DNA of 64,000 bases from an uncultured Cellulophaga sp. GTDB taxonomy: Bacteria > Bacteroidota > Bacteroidia > Flavobacteriales > Flavobacteriaceae. This document shows, one piece after another, positions 9,221 through 20,687 of this stretch. Positions within the stretch are counted from its first letter, which is position 1; every line of letters starts with the position of its first letter. Location of the stretch: positions 220,109 through 284,108 of the forward strand of contig CANMEI010000003.1 of the NCBI GenBank assembly GCA_947496695.1. Reading direction: 5' to 3'. The notes beneath the pieces were generated by a model that worked only from the letters and a program-made list of their open reading frames with translations, had not been told where the DNA came from and ran no database searches. The position numbers and the translations under genes were made by a program.

Positions 9221-10999
9221 CTACATACGTTGTGGCACCTCTATACCTAAAAGTTTAAATGATGATTGAATTACTTCACTCACTTTTTTTGACAATTGAA
9301 CTCTAAAAGCTTTCTTCTGCGCATCAATCTCACCTAAAATTGAAACATTTTGATAAAACGAATTAAATTCTTTCACCAAGTCATATGTATAATTCGCTAT
9401 TAAAGCAGGACTATAATTTGATGCTGCTAATTGAATAGTTTCAGGAAATAATTGCAATTGCTTAATAAGCTCTTTTTCTTTTTCATGAAGATCAGTAAGT
9501 CCACTATAACTATCAAGATTCAATTCTTTTGCTTTTCTTAATATAGATTGTATACGTGCATAAGTATATTGAATAAATGGCCCTGTGTTCCCTTGAAAAT
9601 CAACAGATTCTTCAGGGTTAAATAAAATACGCTTTTTAGGATCTACTTTTAATATGTAATATTTCAAAGCTCCTAAACCAATCATTTTAAATAACTCTTT
9701 TTTTTCTTCTTTAGAATACCCGTCTAGTTTACCTAATTCTTCAGATATTTCACCTGCAGTAGCTGTCATATCATTCATTAAATCATCAGCATCAACTACA
9801 GTACCTTCTCTACTCTTCATTTTTCCACTAGGTAGGTCTACCATACCATAGCTTAAATGAAATAGATTTTCAGACCATGAGAATCCTAATTTCTTTAATA
9901 TTAAAAATAGTACTTTAAAATGATAATCTTGTTCGTTACCTACAGTATAAACCATACCGCCAACATCTGGGTTATCTTTTACACGCTGTATGGCTGTACC
10001 AATATCTTGTGTCATGTAAACAGCGGTACCATCTGATCGTAAAACTATTTTTTCATCTAAACCTTCATCTGTCAAATCTATCCAAACACTACCATCTTCT
10101 TTTTTAAAGAAAACGCCTTTTTCAAGACCCTCAGCAACAACATCTTTACCTAACAAATAAGTATTGCTTTCATAATATAAATTATCAAAATCAACACCTA
10201 AGTTTTTATACGTTACTTCAAAACCATCATAAACCCACTGGTTCATTTTTTTCCAAAGTGTAACAACTTCTTCATCACCTGCCTCCCACTTTAAAAGCAT
10301 TTTTTGTGCTTCTAATAAAATTGGCGCTTGCTTTTCTGCAACTTCTTTATCAACTCCACTTTCAATTAAAGTTGCAATTTCAGCTTTGTATGCTTTATCA
10401 AAAGCAACATAATAATTACCTACAAGCTTATCTCCTTTTAAACCTGTACTTTCAGGTGTTTCTCCTTCTCCAAACTTTTGCCATGCCAACATACTTTTAC
10501 AAATATGAATACCACGGTCATTAATAATTTGGGTTTTATATACTTTTTTACCTGATGCTTTTAAAATTTCAGCAACAGAATATCCTAATAAATTATTTCT
10601 AATATGTCCTAAGTGTAAAGGCTTATTGGTATTTGGCGAAGAGTATTCTACCATTACCGCGCTAGAATTATCTGGATTTACAAATCCGAATGAATCATCA
10701 GCTGTTATCGTATTAAAATAATTTAAATAAAAATTATCACTAACAACTAAATTTAAAAAACCTTTAATAACATTAAATGAAGTCACTTCTTCAACTTCAT
10801 TAACCAAGTATTCACCAATTTGATTCCCAATTTGTACAGGGTTACCTTTTACAACACGCAACATTGGAAAAACTACAATAGTAATATCACCTTCAAAATC
10901 TTTTCGGGTTGGCTGAAATTCAACAGTTGGTAAATCAGCTTGAAATAATGATGAAACCGCTTCTTTTACTTTGGCTTCTAAAACGTTTTGGATATTCAT
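9221..10999 (-). CDS. argS: Arginine--tRNA ligase
   Basis: Class I aaRS with a HIGH-type motif (PNTNKPLHLGH), a KMSK-type motif (GKMKSREG) and a C-terminal DALR anticodon-binding region. I prefer the ATG at 10999 (MNIQNVLEAK...) to the TTG at 11023 used by the track. Confidence 0.95.
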   Translation of the reverse strand: MNIQNVLEAKVKEAVSSLFQADLPTVEFQPTRKDFEGDITIVVFPMLRVVKGNPVQIGNQIGEYLVNEVEEVTSFNVIKGFLNLVVSDNFYLNYFNTITADDSFGFVNPDNSSAVMVEYSSPNTNKPLHLGHIRNNLLGYSVAEILKASGKKVYKTQIINDRGIHICKSMLAWQKFGEGETPESTGLKGDKLVGNYYVAFDKAYKAEIATLIESGVDKEVAEKQAPILLEAQKMLLKWEAGDEEVVTLWKKMNQWVYDGFEVTYKNLGVDFDNLYYESNTYLLGKDVVAEGLEKGVFFKKEDGSVWIDLTDEGLDEKIVLRSDGTAVYMTQDIGTAIQRVKDNPDVGGMVYTVGNEQDYHFKVLFLILKKLGFSWSENLFHLSYGMVDLPSGKMKSREGTVVDADDLMNDMTATAGEISEELGKLDGYSKEEKKELFKMIGLGALKYYILKVDPKKRILFNPEESVDFQGNTGPFIQYTYARIQSILRKAKELNLDSYSGLTDLHEKEKELIKQLQLFPETIQLAASNYSPALIANYTYDLVKEFNSFYQNVSILGEIDAQKKAFRVQLSKKVSEVIQSSFKLLGIEVPQRM

Positions 11000-11140
11000 A
11001 AATATGGACTTATCAGCCTGCAAAACTAATCATTTTTTAGGCTTTTACAGTCACGATATCTTCTAAAGCATCGCTAATTTTGTTAACTTTATAAAAAACG
11101 TATTGAAATTACGTATCTAATTAAATTTTAAATACCTCCT

Positions 11141-11566
11141 ATGCTACTTAATGTGTCGTATAACAACAAACAAATTACACATAAAATTAACGCTGAAGTT
11201 GGTAGTCCCTTTACATTAAAAGAGCGCTGGAATTTAAAGGGTATTGGTTCCCCTAAACTTTTTGTCATTAAAACTAGTGTAGATATTAATAACCTACTTA
11301 TACTCGATAACAATACAAATACTTGCAATATAGAATTAAGACCCAAAGGTATTATTATTAGGTTTAGATCACTTTTAGAAACTTATGCGTTAGTTATTCC
11401 TTTTTATAAATTGGTAATTTACAAAGGAGATTTGGTTGCGTATACTGTATTTAGAGATCAGTATTTTATAAAAGTAAAATCTGACACCAAAGCCATTCAA
11501 AAATTTTTCACTAAAATATTAACGTACAAAGCTGATAATGCTCCAACGTCAATATCTGATTTATAA
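11141..11566 (+). CDS. Hypothetical protein
   Basis: 141-aa ORF divergent from argS and 9 nt upstream of the next + strand gene. No recognisable motif. Preferred over the overlapping 72-aa antisense ORF. Confidence 0.45.
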   Translation: MLLNVSYNNKQITHKINAEVGSPFTLKERWNLKGIGSPKLFVIKTSVDINNLLILDNNTNTCNIELRPKGIIIRFRSLLETYALVIPFYKLVIYKGDLVAYTVFRDQYFIKVKSDTKAIQKFFTKILTYKADNAPTSISDL

Positions 11567-11575
11567 AAATAACAT

Positions 11576-13006
11576 ATGAAAATATTACTTACAGGAGCAA
11601 ATGGCTATATAGGTATGCGTTTAATACCTCAACTACTAAATTTAGGACATACAGTAGTTTGTGCCGTAAGAGATAAAAATAGACTTTCTGTTGACCAAGA
11701 AACAAAAGAACAAATTCAAATTATTGAGCTAGATTTATTAGATGATGTTACCCCTAATAAAATTCCTAATGATATTGACTTAGCTTATTTTCTAATTCAT
11801 TCTATGAGTTCTTCTACTCATGATTTTGATGAAAAAGAGGCCATTACCGCACATAACTTTAATGCATATATGGCTCAAACAAACGTAAACCAAGTTATTT
11901 ACTTAAGCGGTATTGTTAATGATAATGAATTATCTAAACATTTAAGTTCTAGAAAAAATGTAGAAGATATTTTATACACAGGAAATTTTAACCTTACCGT
12001 TTTACGAGCCGGCATCATTGTAGGCTCTGGAAGTTCTTCTTTTGAAATAATACGAGATTTATGTGAAAAACTCCCATTTATGATTACACCTAAATGGGTA
12101 TTAACAAAAACACAGCCCATTGCCATTAGAGATGTTATAAACTACTTAACGGGAGTTATTGGTAATGAAAAAACATATAATGATTCGTTTGACATTGCAG
12201 GACCTAATGTATTAACATACAAAGAAATGCTACACCAATATGCTAAAGCGAGGGGTTTTAAAAATTGGATTATTACAGTTCCTGTAATGACACCAAAACT
12301 TTCTTCCTATTGGTTATATTTTGTTACAGCAACATCATACAAACTAGCTATAAATTTAGTAGATAGCATGAAAATGGAAGTTGTTGCCAAGGACCAAAGG
12401 TTACAAGATATTTTACAAATTGAACCTTACACCTATTCACAGGCAATAGCTATGGCCTTTAAAAAAATAGAACAAAACCTTGTAATTAGTAGCTGGAAAG
12501 ACAGTATGGTTAGTGGTCGATTCATAAAAAACATCGAAAAACATATTCAAGTACCTAAATACGGTGTACTTACCGATAAAAAAACAATTAAACTAAAAAA
12601 TCCCGAATTAGCGCTTGAAAACATTTGGCGAATTGGAGGCGAAACTGGTTGGTACTATGCAAATTGGTTATGGAAAATAAGAGGTTTTATTGATAAAATA
12701 TACGGTGGTGTAGGTTTGCGACGAGGAAGAACACATCCTGACAAAATTTACACTGGAGATTCTTTAGATTTTTGGCGCGTATTACTTGCCGACAAAAAAA
12801 ACAAACGACTACTATTATTTGCAGAAATGAAGTTGCCAGGAGAAGCTTGGCTTGAATTTAAAATAGATGACAACAATATACTACACCAAACTGCCACGTT
12901 TAGGCCTAGAGGACTACGCGGCAGACTATACTGGTATAGTGTACTACCTTTTCACTATTTTATTTTTGGAGGTATGTTACGCGGTATTGCTAATCAGAAA
13001 AATTAG
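11576..13006 (+). CDS. NAD(P)H-binding SDR-family protein with C-terminal DUF2867-like domain
   Basis: 476 aa. It has an N-terminal Rossmann motif (MKILLTGANGYIGMRL). The C-terminal ~150 aa (GGETGWYYANWLWKIRGFIDK..GG) resembles the DUF2867 extension often fused to such SDRs. Confidence 0.75.
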   Translation: MKILLTGANGYIGMRLIPQLLNLGHTVVCAVRDKNRLSVDQETKEQIQIIELDLLDDVTPNKIPNDIDLAYFLIHSMSSSTHDFDEKEAITAHNFNAYMAQTNVNQVIYLSGIVNDNELSKHLSSRKNVEDILYTGNFNLTVLRAGIIVGSGSSSFEIIRDLCEKLPFMITPKWVLTKTQPIAIRDVINYLTGVIGNEKTYNDSFDIAGPNVLTYKEMLHQYAKARGFKNWIITVPVMTPKLSSYWLYFVTATSYKLAINLVDSMKMEVVAKDQRLQDILQIEPYTYSQAIAMAFKKIEQNLVISSWKDSMVSGRFIKNIEKHIQVPKYGVLTDKKTIKLKNPELALENIWRIGGETGWYYANWLWKIRGFIDKIYGGVGLRRGRTHPDKIYTGDSLDFWRVLLADKKNKRLLLFAEMKLPGEAWLEFKIDDNNILHQTATFRPRGLRGRLYWYSVLPFHYFIFGGMLRGIANQKN

Positions 13007-13013
13007 TAAATAA

Positions 13014-13943
13014 CTACTTCTTTGGCAAGAACACCTCTGCCATCATGCAACGCGCACTGCCACCACCGCAAGTTTCAATAGTATCTAAAGAACTATGTAT
13101 AATTTCGCAGTGGTTATTTATCTTCTTAATTTGATCTTCAGTTAAACTATTAAATGCAGCTGAACTCATTGCCAGATAACGTTTTTTATCTGCACCTAAA
13201 ACCTGTAGCATATTACCTGCAAAATGATGCATTTGCTTTTCTGTTATTCTGATAATTTCTTTACCATCATTATGCAAATGCTCTAAAACCGTTTTTCTTT
13301 CTTTTTTATCGTCAATAGTGTCTGCACAAATAATTGAAAACTTCTCACCCATTGCCATCATTACATTAGTATGGTAAATAGGCATACGACTCCCCTCAAC
13401 TGATTGATTAGCTGTAAATATTACAGGAAAATAATCAAAATCTTCACAAAATTCTATAAACAATTCTTCATCAGCTCTATCAGAAAGTGCGCAATATGCT
13501 TTTTTATGCTCTCTATCTAATAAAATACTACCTGTACCTTCTAAGAAAAAACCTTCTTCTTCAGCTGAAGTGTAATCAACTACATTGTTAATTACAAAAC
13601 CTTTTTCTTCTAAAAGATCTAAAACATCTTCTCTACGTTCATTTCTTCTGTTTTCAGCAAACATTGGATACAAACCAACAGTACCATCTTCATGAAAAGA
13701 AATCCAGTTATTAGGAAAAATAGAATCTGGAGTATCAGGGGTTTTAGTATCATCTACCACAGTAACTTGTACTCCTTTCTCTCTTAAAGCAGTAACAAAA
13801 GCATCAAACTCCGTCTGTGCTTTTTTATTTATTTCAGCATTTTTAATATCAAGATCTTCTTGAAAATAGTTGTTTACAGCGGTTTGCTCGTTTTTACGAA
13901 AACCAACTGGTCTTATCATTAAAATACTATTGGTAATTTGCAT
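13014..13943 (-). CDS. Guanidino-group-modifying enzyme, arginine-deiminase-related / CtlX-like citrulline hydrolase
   Basis: 309 aa. The start MIRPVGFR.N..TA.NN.FQ and the C-terminal catalytic-Cys context GGGSARCMMAEVF are typical of the amidinotransferase (GME) superfamily. Confidence 0.7.
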   Translation of the reverse strand: MQITNSILMIRPVGFRKNEQTAVNNYFQEDLDIKNAEINKKAQTEFDAFVTALREKGVQVTVVDDTKTPDTPDSIFPNNWISFHEDGTVGLYPMFAENRRNERREDVLDLLEEKGFVINNVVDYTSAEEEGFFLEGTGSILLDREHKKAYCALSDRADEELFIEFCEDFDYFPVIFTANQSVEGSRMPIYHTNVMMAMGEKFSIICADTIDDKKERKTVLEHLHNDGKEIIRITEKQMHHFAGNMLQVLGADKKRYLAMSSAAFNSLTEDQIKKINNHCEIIHSSLDTIETCGGGSARCMMAEVFLPKK

Positions 13944-13976
13944 ATGCTTTATTCGGTAATTTTAAACTATTATTTA

Positions 13977-14888
13977 TTATTTTCTTATTAAAGGCATTGT
14001 ACTACAACGCAACAAACCTTCTTGTTTTGAAATTTCAGCATACGGAATTTCTTCTACTGTAAAGCCTTGATCTCTTAACCAATTATTTAATCTTGTAAAA
14101 TTTTTCTCTGAAACAATAACCTCTTGTGATATTGAAAAAACATTACTAAACATAGCATACATTTCATCATTAGTAATTTCAAAAATATTTTCATTTCCGA
14201 AGAAATCAACTAGCCAATTATACTCTTCTTCAACTAAAAATCCATTTTTATGAAGTATTGCTTTGTTTTTCCCTATAGGTTGAAAGCAACAATCTAAATG
14301 CAACGCATTCTCTTTTGCATTCGTTGATTTTCTTAATTCAAAAGACTTCACTTTTTTATTTGGAAATATTTTTTTAAAATGAGCAACAGCTTCACCATTT
14401 GTTCTAGCTGTAATTTGATCAGGATAATCATTAGCCGTGTATGTTCCTATAAAAATATAATTATTCCATGGCATTACATCACCACCTTCAATATGCACTT
14501 CTTCTGGTAATTGAACTATTTTAGAAGGGTTTATTTGTGCTAAAACATGATTTATTGCCAAGTACTCTTCTTCTCTATCTGGGAGTATATTTGCTTTAAA
14601 TAAAATATCATCTATAACAAAAGCAATATCACGAGAGAATATTTGATTACAATTTTTTAAAACTGTTGGTCTAAATACTTGTACATCATATTTTTTTAAA
14701 ACCTTCTCAAAGGCATCCATTTCAAAAATCATATCTTTTTCTAAAGGATATGTACCAGCTATGATATGCTCTAATGATTTAGGATCATATGCTTCTTCAA
14801 TTTTAGGAATAGGACCACAACTCTCCGCTGTACCTAATATTACTGCTTTTAATTTTGAAGTTTCGTTTTTAATATTTAGCTCAAGCAT
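13977..14888 (-). CDS. Guanidino-group-modifying enzyme, dimethylarginine dimethylaminohydrolase / arginine deiminase-like
   Basis: 303 aa. It contains an HLDC segment and a C-terminal EGLLRCSTMPL (catalytic Cys context). It is paralogous in fold to the adjacent gene. Confidence 0.65.
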   Translation of the reverse strand: MLELNIKNETSKLKAVILGTAESCGPIPKIEEAYDPKSLEHIIAGTYPLEKDMIFEMDAFEKVLKKYDVQVFRPTVLKNCNQIFSRDIAFVIDDILFKANILPDREEEYLAINHVLAQINPSKIVQLPEEVHIEGGDVMPWNNYIFIGTYTANDYPDQITARTNGEAVAHFKKIFPNKKVKSFELRKSTNAKENALHLDCCFQPIGKNKAILHKNGFLVEEEYNWLVDFFGNENIFEITNDEMYAMFSNVFSISQEVIVSEKNFTRLNNWLRDQGFTVEEIPYAEISKQEGLLRCSTMPLIRK

Positions 14889-14930
14889 ATTTTTACTTTA
14901 TTTTAAAGTAATCAAAAATAAACATATCAT

Positions 14931-14972
14931 AACAAAAAACTGCCTTTTTGTTTAAAAACAAAAAGGCAGTTT
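14931..14972 (-). terminator. Intrinsic terminator downstream of gltA
   Basis: Perfect palindrome aaactgcctttttgttt/aaacaaaaaggcagttt (14937-14972). It is followed by a U-run on the minus strand and lies 22 nt after the gltA stop. Confidence 0.8.
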
Positions 14973-14993
14973 GAATAAAATATCTTACTTTAT

Positions 14994-16277
14994 TTATCTC
15001 TTTTCTACTGGAACAAAAGATCTTAAGTTTTCACCTGTATAAACTTGTCTTGGACGACCAATTGGTTCTCCATTTAAACGCATTTCTCTCCATTGAGCAA
15101 TCCAACCTGGTAATCTACCTAAGGCAAACATTACAGTAAACATTTCAGTTGGTATACCTAGTGCTCTATATATAATTCCTGAATAGAAATCTACGTTAGG
15201 ATATAATTTTCTATCAACAAAGTATTTATCTTCTAAAGCTTCTTTTTCTAAACCTTGAGCAATAGCCAAAATTGGATCTTCAATCCCTAAATCACCAAGA
15301 ACTTCATCTGCAGATTTTTTAATGATTTTCGCACGAGGGTCGAAATTTTTATAAACTCTGTGACCAAAGCCCATTAACCTAAACGGATCTTCTTTATCCT
15401 TAGCTTTACCCATGTATTTTTTAGTATCACCACCATCAGCCTCAATAGCTTCAAGCATTTCTAATACTGCTTGGTTTGCCCCACCATGAAGTGGACCCCA
15501 TAATGCTGATATCCCTGCTGATAATGATGCAAATAAACCTGCATGAGACGAACCTACTATACGAACTGTAGAAGTTGAACAATTTTGCTCATGATCTGCA
15601 TGTAATATTAAAAGTTTATCTAAAGCATCAATTATAACTTTATTTTTCTTGTATTCTTGATTAGGCTTTTTAAACATCATTTTATGAATGTTTTCTACAT
15701 AACCTAAAGTATCATCACCATAATCTAACGGTAATCCTTTTTTCTTACGCAACGTCCATGCTACTAATACAGGAAACTTAGCCATAATACGTACAATAGC
15801 CCAATACATTTCCTTTTCTGAAGTTACATTTACAGACGAAGGATTAAAAGCAATAAGTGCACTTGTTAGAGATGATAACACTCCCATTGGATGTGCTGAT
15901 TTTGGAAAACCATCTAAAATCTTTTTCATCTCTTCATCTACCTGAGATTCAGATTTGATATCGGAATGAAATTGCTCTAATTGCTCTGCATTTGGAAGTT
16001 CGCCAAAAATTAGCAAATAAGCTACTTCTAAGAAATCTGCTTTTTCCGCCAATTCTTCAATAGAATATCCTCTATAACGAAGAATACCTTTTTCCCCATC
16101 TAAAAATGTAATAGCACTTTTACATGAACCCGTATTTTTGTATCCTGGGTCAATTGTAATAATTCCTGATGCCGCCCTTAATGTTTTAATATCAATTGCT
16201 AATTCTTCTTCCGTACCTTTTATAACTGGAAATTCATACTTATTTCCATTGTATTCTAATGTAGCTTTTTCTGACAT
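14994..16277 (-). CDS. gltA: Citrate synthase
   Basis: 427 aa with conserved blocks HADHEQN.ST, GPLHGGAN and MGFGHRVYK..DPR. Confidence 0.96.
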   Translation of the reverse strand: MSEKATLEYNGNKYEFPVIKGTEEELAIDIKTLRAASGIITIDPGYKNTGSCKSAITFLDGEKGILRYRGYSIEELAEKADFLEVAYLLIFGELPNAEQLEQFHSDIKSESQVDEEMKKILDGFPKSAHPMGVLSSLTSALIAFNPSSVNVTSEKEMYWAIVRIMAKFPVLVAWTLRKKKGLPLDYGDDTLGYVENIHKMMFKKPNQEYKKNKVIIDALDKLLILHADHEQNCSTSTVRIVGSSHAGLFASLSAGISALWGPLHGGANQAVLEMLEAIEADGGDTKKYMGKAKDKEDPFRLMGFGHRVYKNFDPRAKIIKKSADEVLGDLGIEDPILAIAQGLEKEALEDKYFVDRKLYPNVDFYSGIIYRALGIPTEMFTVMFALGRLPGWIAQWREMRLNGEPIGRPRQVYTGENLRSFVPVEKR

Positions 16278-16415
16278 GTGTATTTTTAACGTTTAGTACT
16301 CTGTAAATTTAAGAAAAAGACGAACGATTCACAATTTCTAAAAACTCATTTGTTGTTTTATTAACAAAAGTTATGATATAATAGTTATTCTAAACCAGAA
16401 ATGGCTTTTTAGTTG

Positions 16416-17957
16416 CTATATCGTTATAGCATATAGTAAATTATAGTAGTCACTTACTGATTTCTCCCATGTGAAGCGTTCTTTTTTGGCATTTGTTTTT
16501 ATTTTTTTCCATTGTGGCTTATCATTTGTAAAAATATCTAGCACAATATCAAAAGCATCAACCATATTGTTAATTTTCTCTTCTGTTGTATGACCATCAA
16601 AAGTAAAACCTGTTTTTAAATGTTGTACAGTATCTTTAAGTCCACCCGTATGATGAACTAAACATGGATGCCCATTTCGCATTGCTAACATTTGACTTAT
16701 CCCACATGGTTCAAATAAGCTTGGCATAAAGTACAGATCAGATTCTAAATAAATGCTATCTATTAAATCTTCAGACTGCCCATTTGTAAAAATAAAATTT
16801 TTATGTTCGTAACTCATTTTTCGAAACATTTCTTCATATTCAGGTGCTCCTGTACCTAATAACATGAAAACTCCATTTACTTTTTCTAGCTTTTTTAATA
16901 TTTGCACAAATGCATCAGGAGAATGCTTTATAAAATAAAACTTTTGTTCTGTTAATCTAGCTACACTAGATACAATGAACTTAGGTTTTTCATCTATATA
17001 TGTCATGATTTTTTCACCAGTATGCGCCAAAAAATCAGATTTATATTTTTTTGATTCTTCTTGTAACCAACCAAATATTGCTTTAATAGTATTATGATAC
17101 AATCTACCTGTTTTTGCTTTTCTTATATTTTTATAATTAGACCCGTTTAGTATTCCAAATAAACGCCCTTCATTTTCGGCTACTTGCAAATCATACTCTA
17201 TACTTTCTCCACCAATAAAAACTGGAGGGTCACTAGGTTTTAGAACATCTTCTTTATACGAAGGTGAAACTGTATGAACAGCGTCAGCAAAACGAACACC
17301 TACAGCCATTAAATTAATACAATCCCTATAACGGTAATCTAACAAACGTTCATAGTCTAATGAAATATCTGGAAACCAATTTTCCATTGAAGAATAATTA
17401 CCTCCAAAAGGTCTAATACCTTGTATCGCTAAATTATGTATTGTATATACAATTCTAGCTTGTTTTAGAATTGAAAAATCTGGATGGTATGCTCTTAAAA
17501 ACAATATCAAACTTGAATGCCAATCATGTAAATGAATAATATCAACAACACCAAAAGCATTTTGCTTTACTGCTTGCGCTACTGCTGTACAAAAAATTAT
17601 ATATTTAATCGCATCAGTATAAAATGGTTCTTCGGGGTCATTATGATAAATATGCGCAATATCACCAGCTTCAATTTCCGGATGGTGTATTACATAATAT
17701 GATAAGTTATCATATTCTTTTTTAGGAGTTACTTTATAAAGCTCTGCAGTATATAATACACCTCTTAGGTTAAAATTTAATTGCATAAGAAACTCTCCAT
17801 TTTTATGAAGACGATTATATGAAGGCACTACTGTATGTGCACTATCTCCTTTTGCTGCTATTTGACGTGGAACGTCTCTAACCACATCACCCATACCTCC
17901 CGCTTTGCAGTTAGCAAGTGCATCATTTTCTGCTGCAACAAAAAGAAAATTATTCAT
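16416..17957 (-). CDS. Glycogen/starch synthase-like glycosyltransferase (GT5)
   Basis: 513 aa with an N-terminal AAE...KAGGMGDVV motif (K-x-GG-x-x-DV of GT5) and a C-terminal GT-B half (PSLFEPCGISQM). No other glg genes are in the window. Confidence 0.75.
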   Translation of the reverse strand: MNNFLFVAAENDALANCKAGGMGDVVRDVPRQIAAKGDSAHTVVPSYNRLHKNGEFLMQLNFNLRGVLYTAELYKVTPKKEYDNLSYYVIHHPEIEAGDIAHIYHNDPEEPFYTDAIKYIIFCTAVAQAVKQNAFGVVDIIHLHDWHSSLILFLRAYHPDFSILKQARIVYTIHNLAIQGIRPFGGNYSSMENWFPDISLDYERLLDYRYRDCINLMAVGVRFADAVHTVSPSYKEDVLKPSDPPVFIGGESIEYDLQVAENEGRLFGILNGSNYKNIRKAKTGRLYHNTIKAIFGWLQEESKKYKSDFLAHTGEKIMTYIDEKPKFIVSSVARLTEQKFYFIKHSPDAFVQILKKLEKVNGVFMLLGTGAPEYEEMFRKMSYEHKNFIFTNGQSEDLIDSIYLESDLYFMPSLFEPCGISQMLAMRNGHPCLVHHTGGLKDTVQHLKTGFTFDGHTTEEKINNMVDAFDIVLDIFTNDKPQWKKIKTNAKKERFTWEKSVSDYYNLLYAITI

Positions 17958-18045
17958 TTATTTCTTAATAAAAATTAAATATCTCATTTAGATACTTCAA
18001 TATAATTATTTAATTCATTTTTTTAATTGATAAATTAAATATTAA

Positions 18046-18081
18046 CCAAAAAAAAGCCTTTTCAATAAAGAAAAGGCTTTT
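18046..18081 (-). terminator. Intrinsic terminator downstream of eno
   Basis: 12-bp stem aaaagccttttc / gaaaaggctttt (18052-18063 / 18070-18081) with a 6-nt loop. A U-run continues on the minus strand, and the hairpin lies 22 nt after the eno stop. Confidence 0.8.
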
Positions 18082-18103
18082 TTACATTAAATAAACGTAA
18101 TTT

Positions 18104-19467
<1,364 letters not shown>

Positions 19468-19513
19468 TACCCTAAAAACTGTGACAAATAACCTAAATTT
19501 AAACTATAACGTT

Positions 19514-20626
19514 TTAGTTAGCTTTAGATTTAATCATATCAAAAAATTGATCAAATAAATAATCAGCATCATGAGGTCCAGGACTAGCTTCTGGATGATA
19601 TTGTACAGAAAAAATATTCTTATCCTTCATTTTAATACCAGCTACTGTCTTATCATTTAAATGCACATGAGTTACTTCTACATTATCGTTTGCCTCGGTT
19701 TCTTCTCTATTTATAGCAAAACCATGGTTTTGAGATGTTATTTCACCTTTCCCTGTTACTAAATTCATGATAGGGTGATTTATACCTCGATGACCATTAT
19801 GCATTTTATAGGTTGAAATACCATTTGCCAACGCAATTACTTGATGGCCTAAGCAAATACCAAATAATGTCTCATTATTGGCTATTATATTCTTAGCAGT
19901 ATTTATAGCTTCAGTAAGTGGTTCTGGGTCTCCAGGACCATTTGAAATAAAATATCCATCAGGATTAAAATCTTGCATAGCCTCATAACTACTATTATAA
20001 GGGTATACTTTTATATAAGCATCTCTTTTAGCTAAATTTCTAAGAATATTTTTTTTAATTCCTATATCTAAAGCTGAGATTTTATAAGTAGCATTTTCAT
20101 CACCATAAAAATATGGCTCTTTTGTTGAAACTTTAGATGCCAACTCTAAACCTTCCATACTCGGAACTTCTGCTAACTTCTTTTTTAATTCATCTAAATT
20201 ATCTACATCTGTAGAGATTACAGCATTCATAGCCCCATTATCTCTAATATAACTTACTAATGCACGCGTATCAACATCTGAAATTGCAAATAATTTATTT
20301 TTATCTAAAAATTCTTCAAGACTTAAATCAGCTTCTGGTCTAGAATAATTATAGCTAAAATTTTTACATATTAATCCTGATATTTTAACTGTTTCAGATT
20401 CAATTTCATCCGAAGCTGTACCATAGTTACCAATGTGTGCGTTGGTAGTCACCATTAGTTGACCAAAATAAGATGGATCTGTAAAAATTTCTTGATAACC
20501 AGTCATTCCTGTATTAAAACAAACCTCACCAAAGGCTGTTCCTTCTTTATTACCTACTGCTTTACCGTGAAAGACGGTACCATCTGATAAAAGAATTAGT
20601 GCTTTTTTTCTCGTTTGATATTTCAT
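19514..20626 (-). CDS. carA: Carbamoyl-phosphate synthase small (glutaminase) subunit
   Basis: 370 aa with the class I glutamine amidotransferase triad context (GICLGHQ, ..QYHPE) and a CarA N-terminal domain. Confidence 0.95.
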   Translation of the reverse strand: MKYQTRKKALILLSDGTVFHGKAVGNKEGTAFGEVCFNTGMTGYQEIFTDPSYFGQLMVTTNAHIGNYGTASDEIESETVKISGLICKNFSYNYSRPEADLSLEEFLDKNKLFAISDVDTRALVSYIRDNGAMNAVISTDVDNLDELKKKLAEVPSMEGLELASKVSTKEPYFYGDENATYKISALDIGIKKNILRNLAKRDAYIKVYPYNSSYEAMQDFNPDGYFISNGPGDPEPLTEAINTAKNIIANNETLFGICLGHQVIALANGISTYKMHNGHRGINHPIMNLVTGKGEITSQNHGFAINREETEANDNVEVTHVHLNDKTVAGIKMKDKNIFSVQYHPEASPGPHDADYLFDQFFDMIKSKAN

Positions 20627-20687
20627 TCTTTGGTATCTATTATATAATTCGACAAAATAACGTAAAAATTAAATAAGCATAATCACT

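Noticed and set aside
11024-11140. Possible T-box, riboswitch or attenuator upstream of argS (small ACGTA-N7-TACGT palindrome)
   Set aside because: There is only a 5-bp palindrome and no specifier, antiterminator or terminator architecture. To my knowledge T-box leaders are not a known feature of Bacteroidota.
11128-11346. 72-aa minus-strand ORF overlapping the 5' half of the 11141-11566 ORF
   Set aside because: It is shorter than the + strand ORF, with no signal or motif. The + strand ORF is co-directional and nearly contiguous with the downstream SDR gene. Both remain weakly supported.
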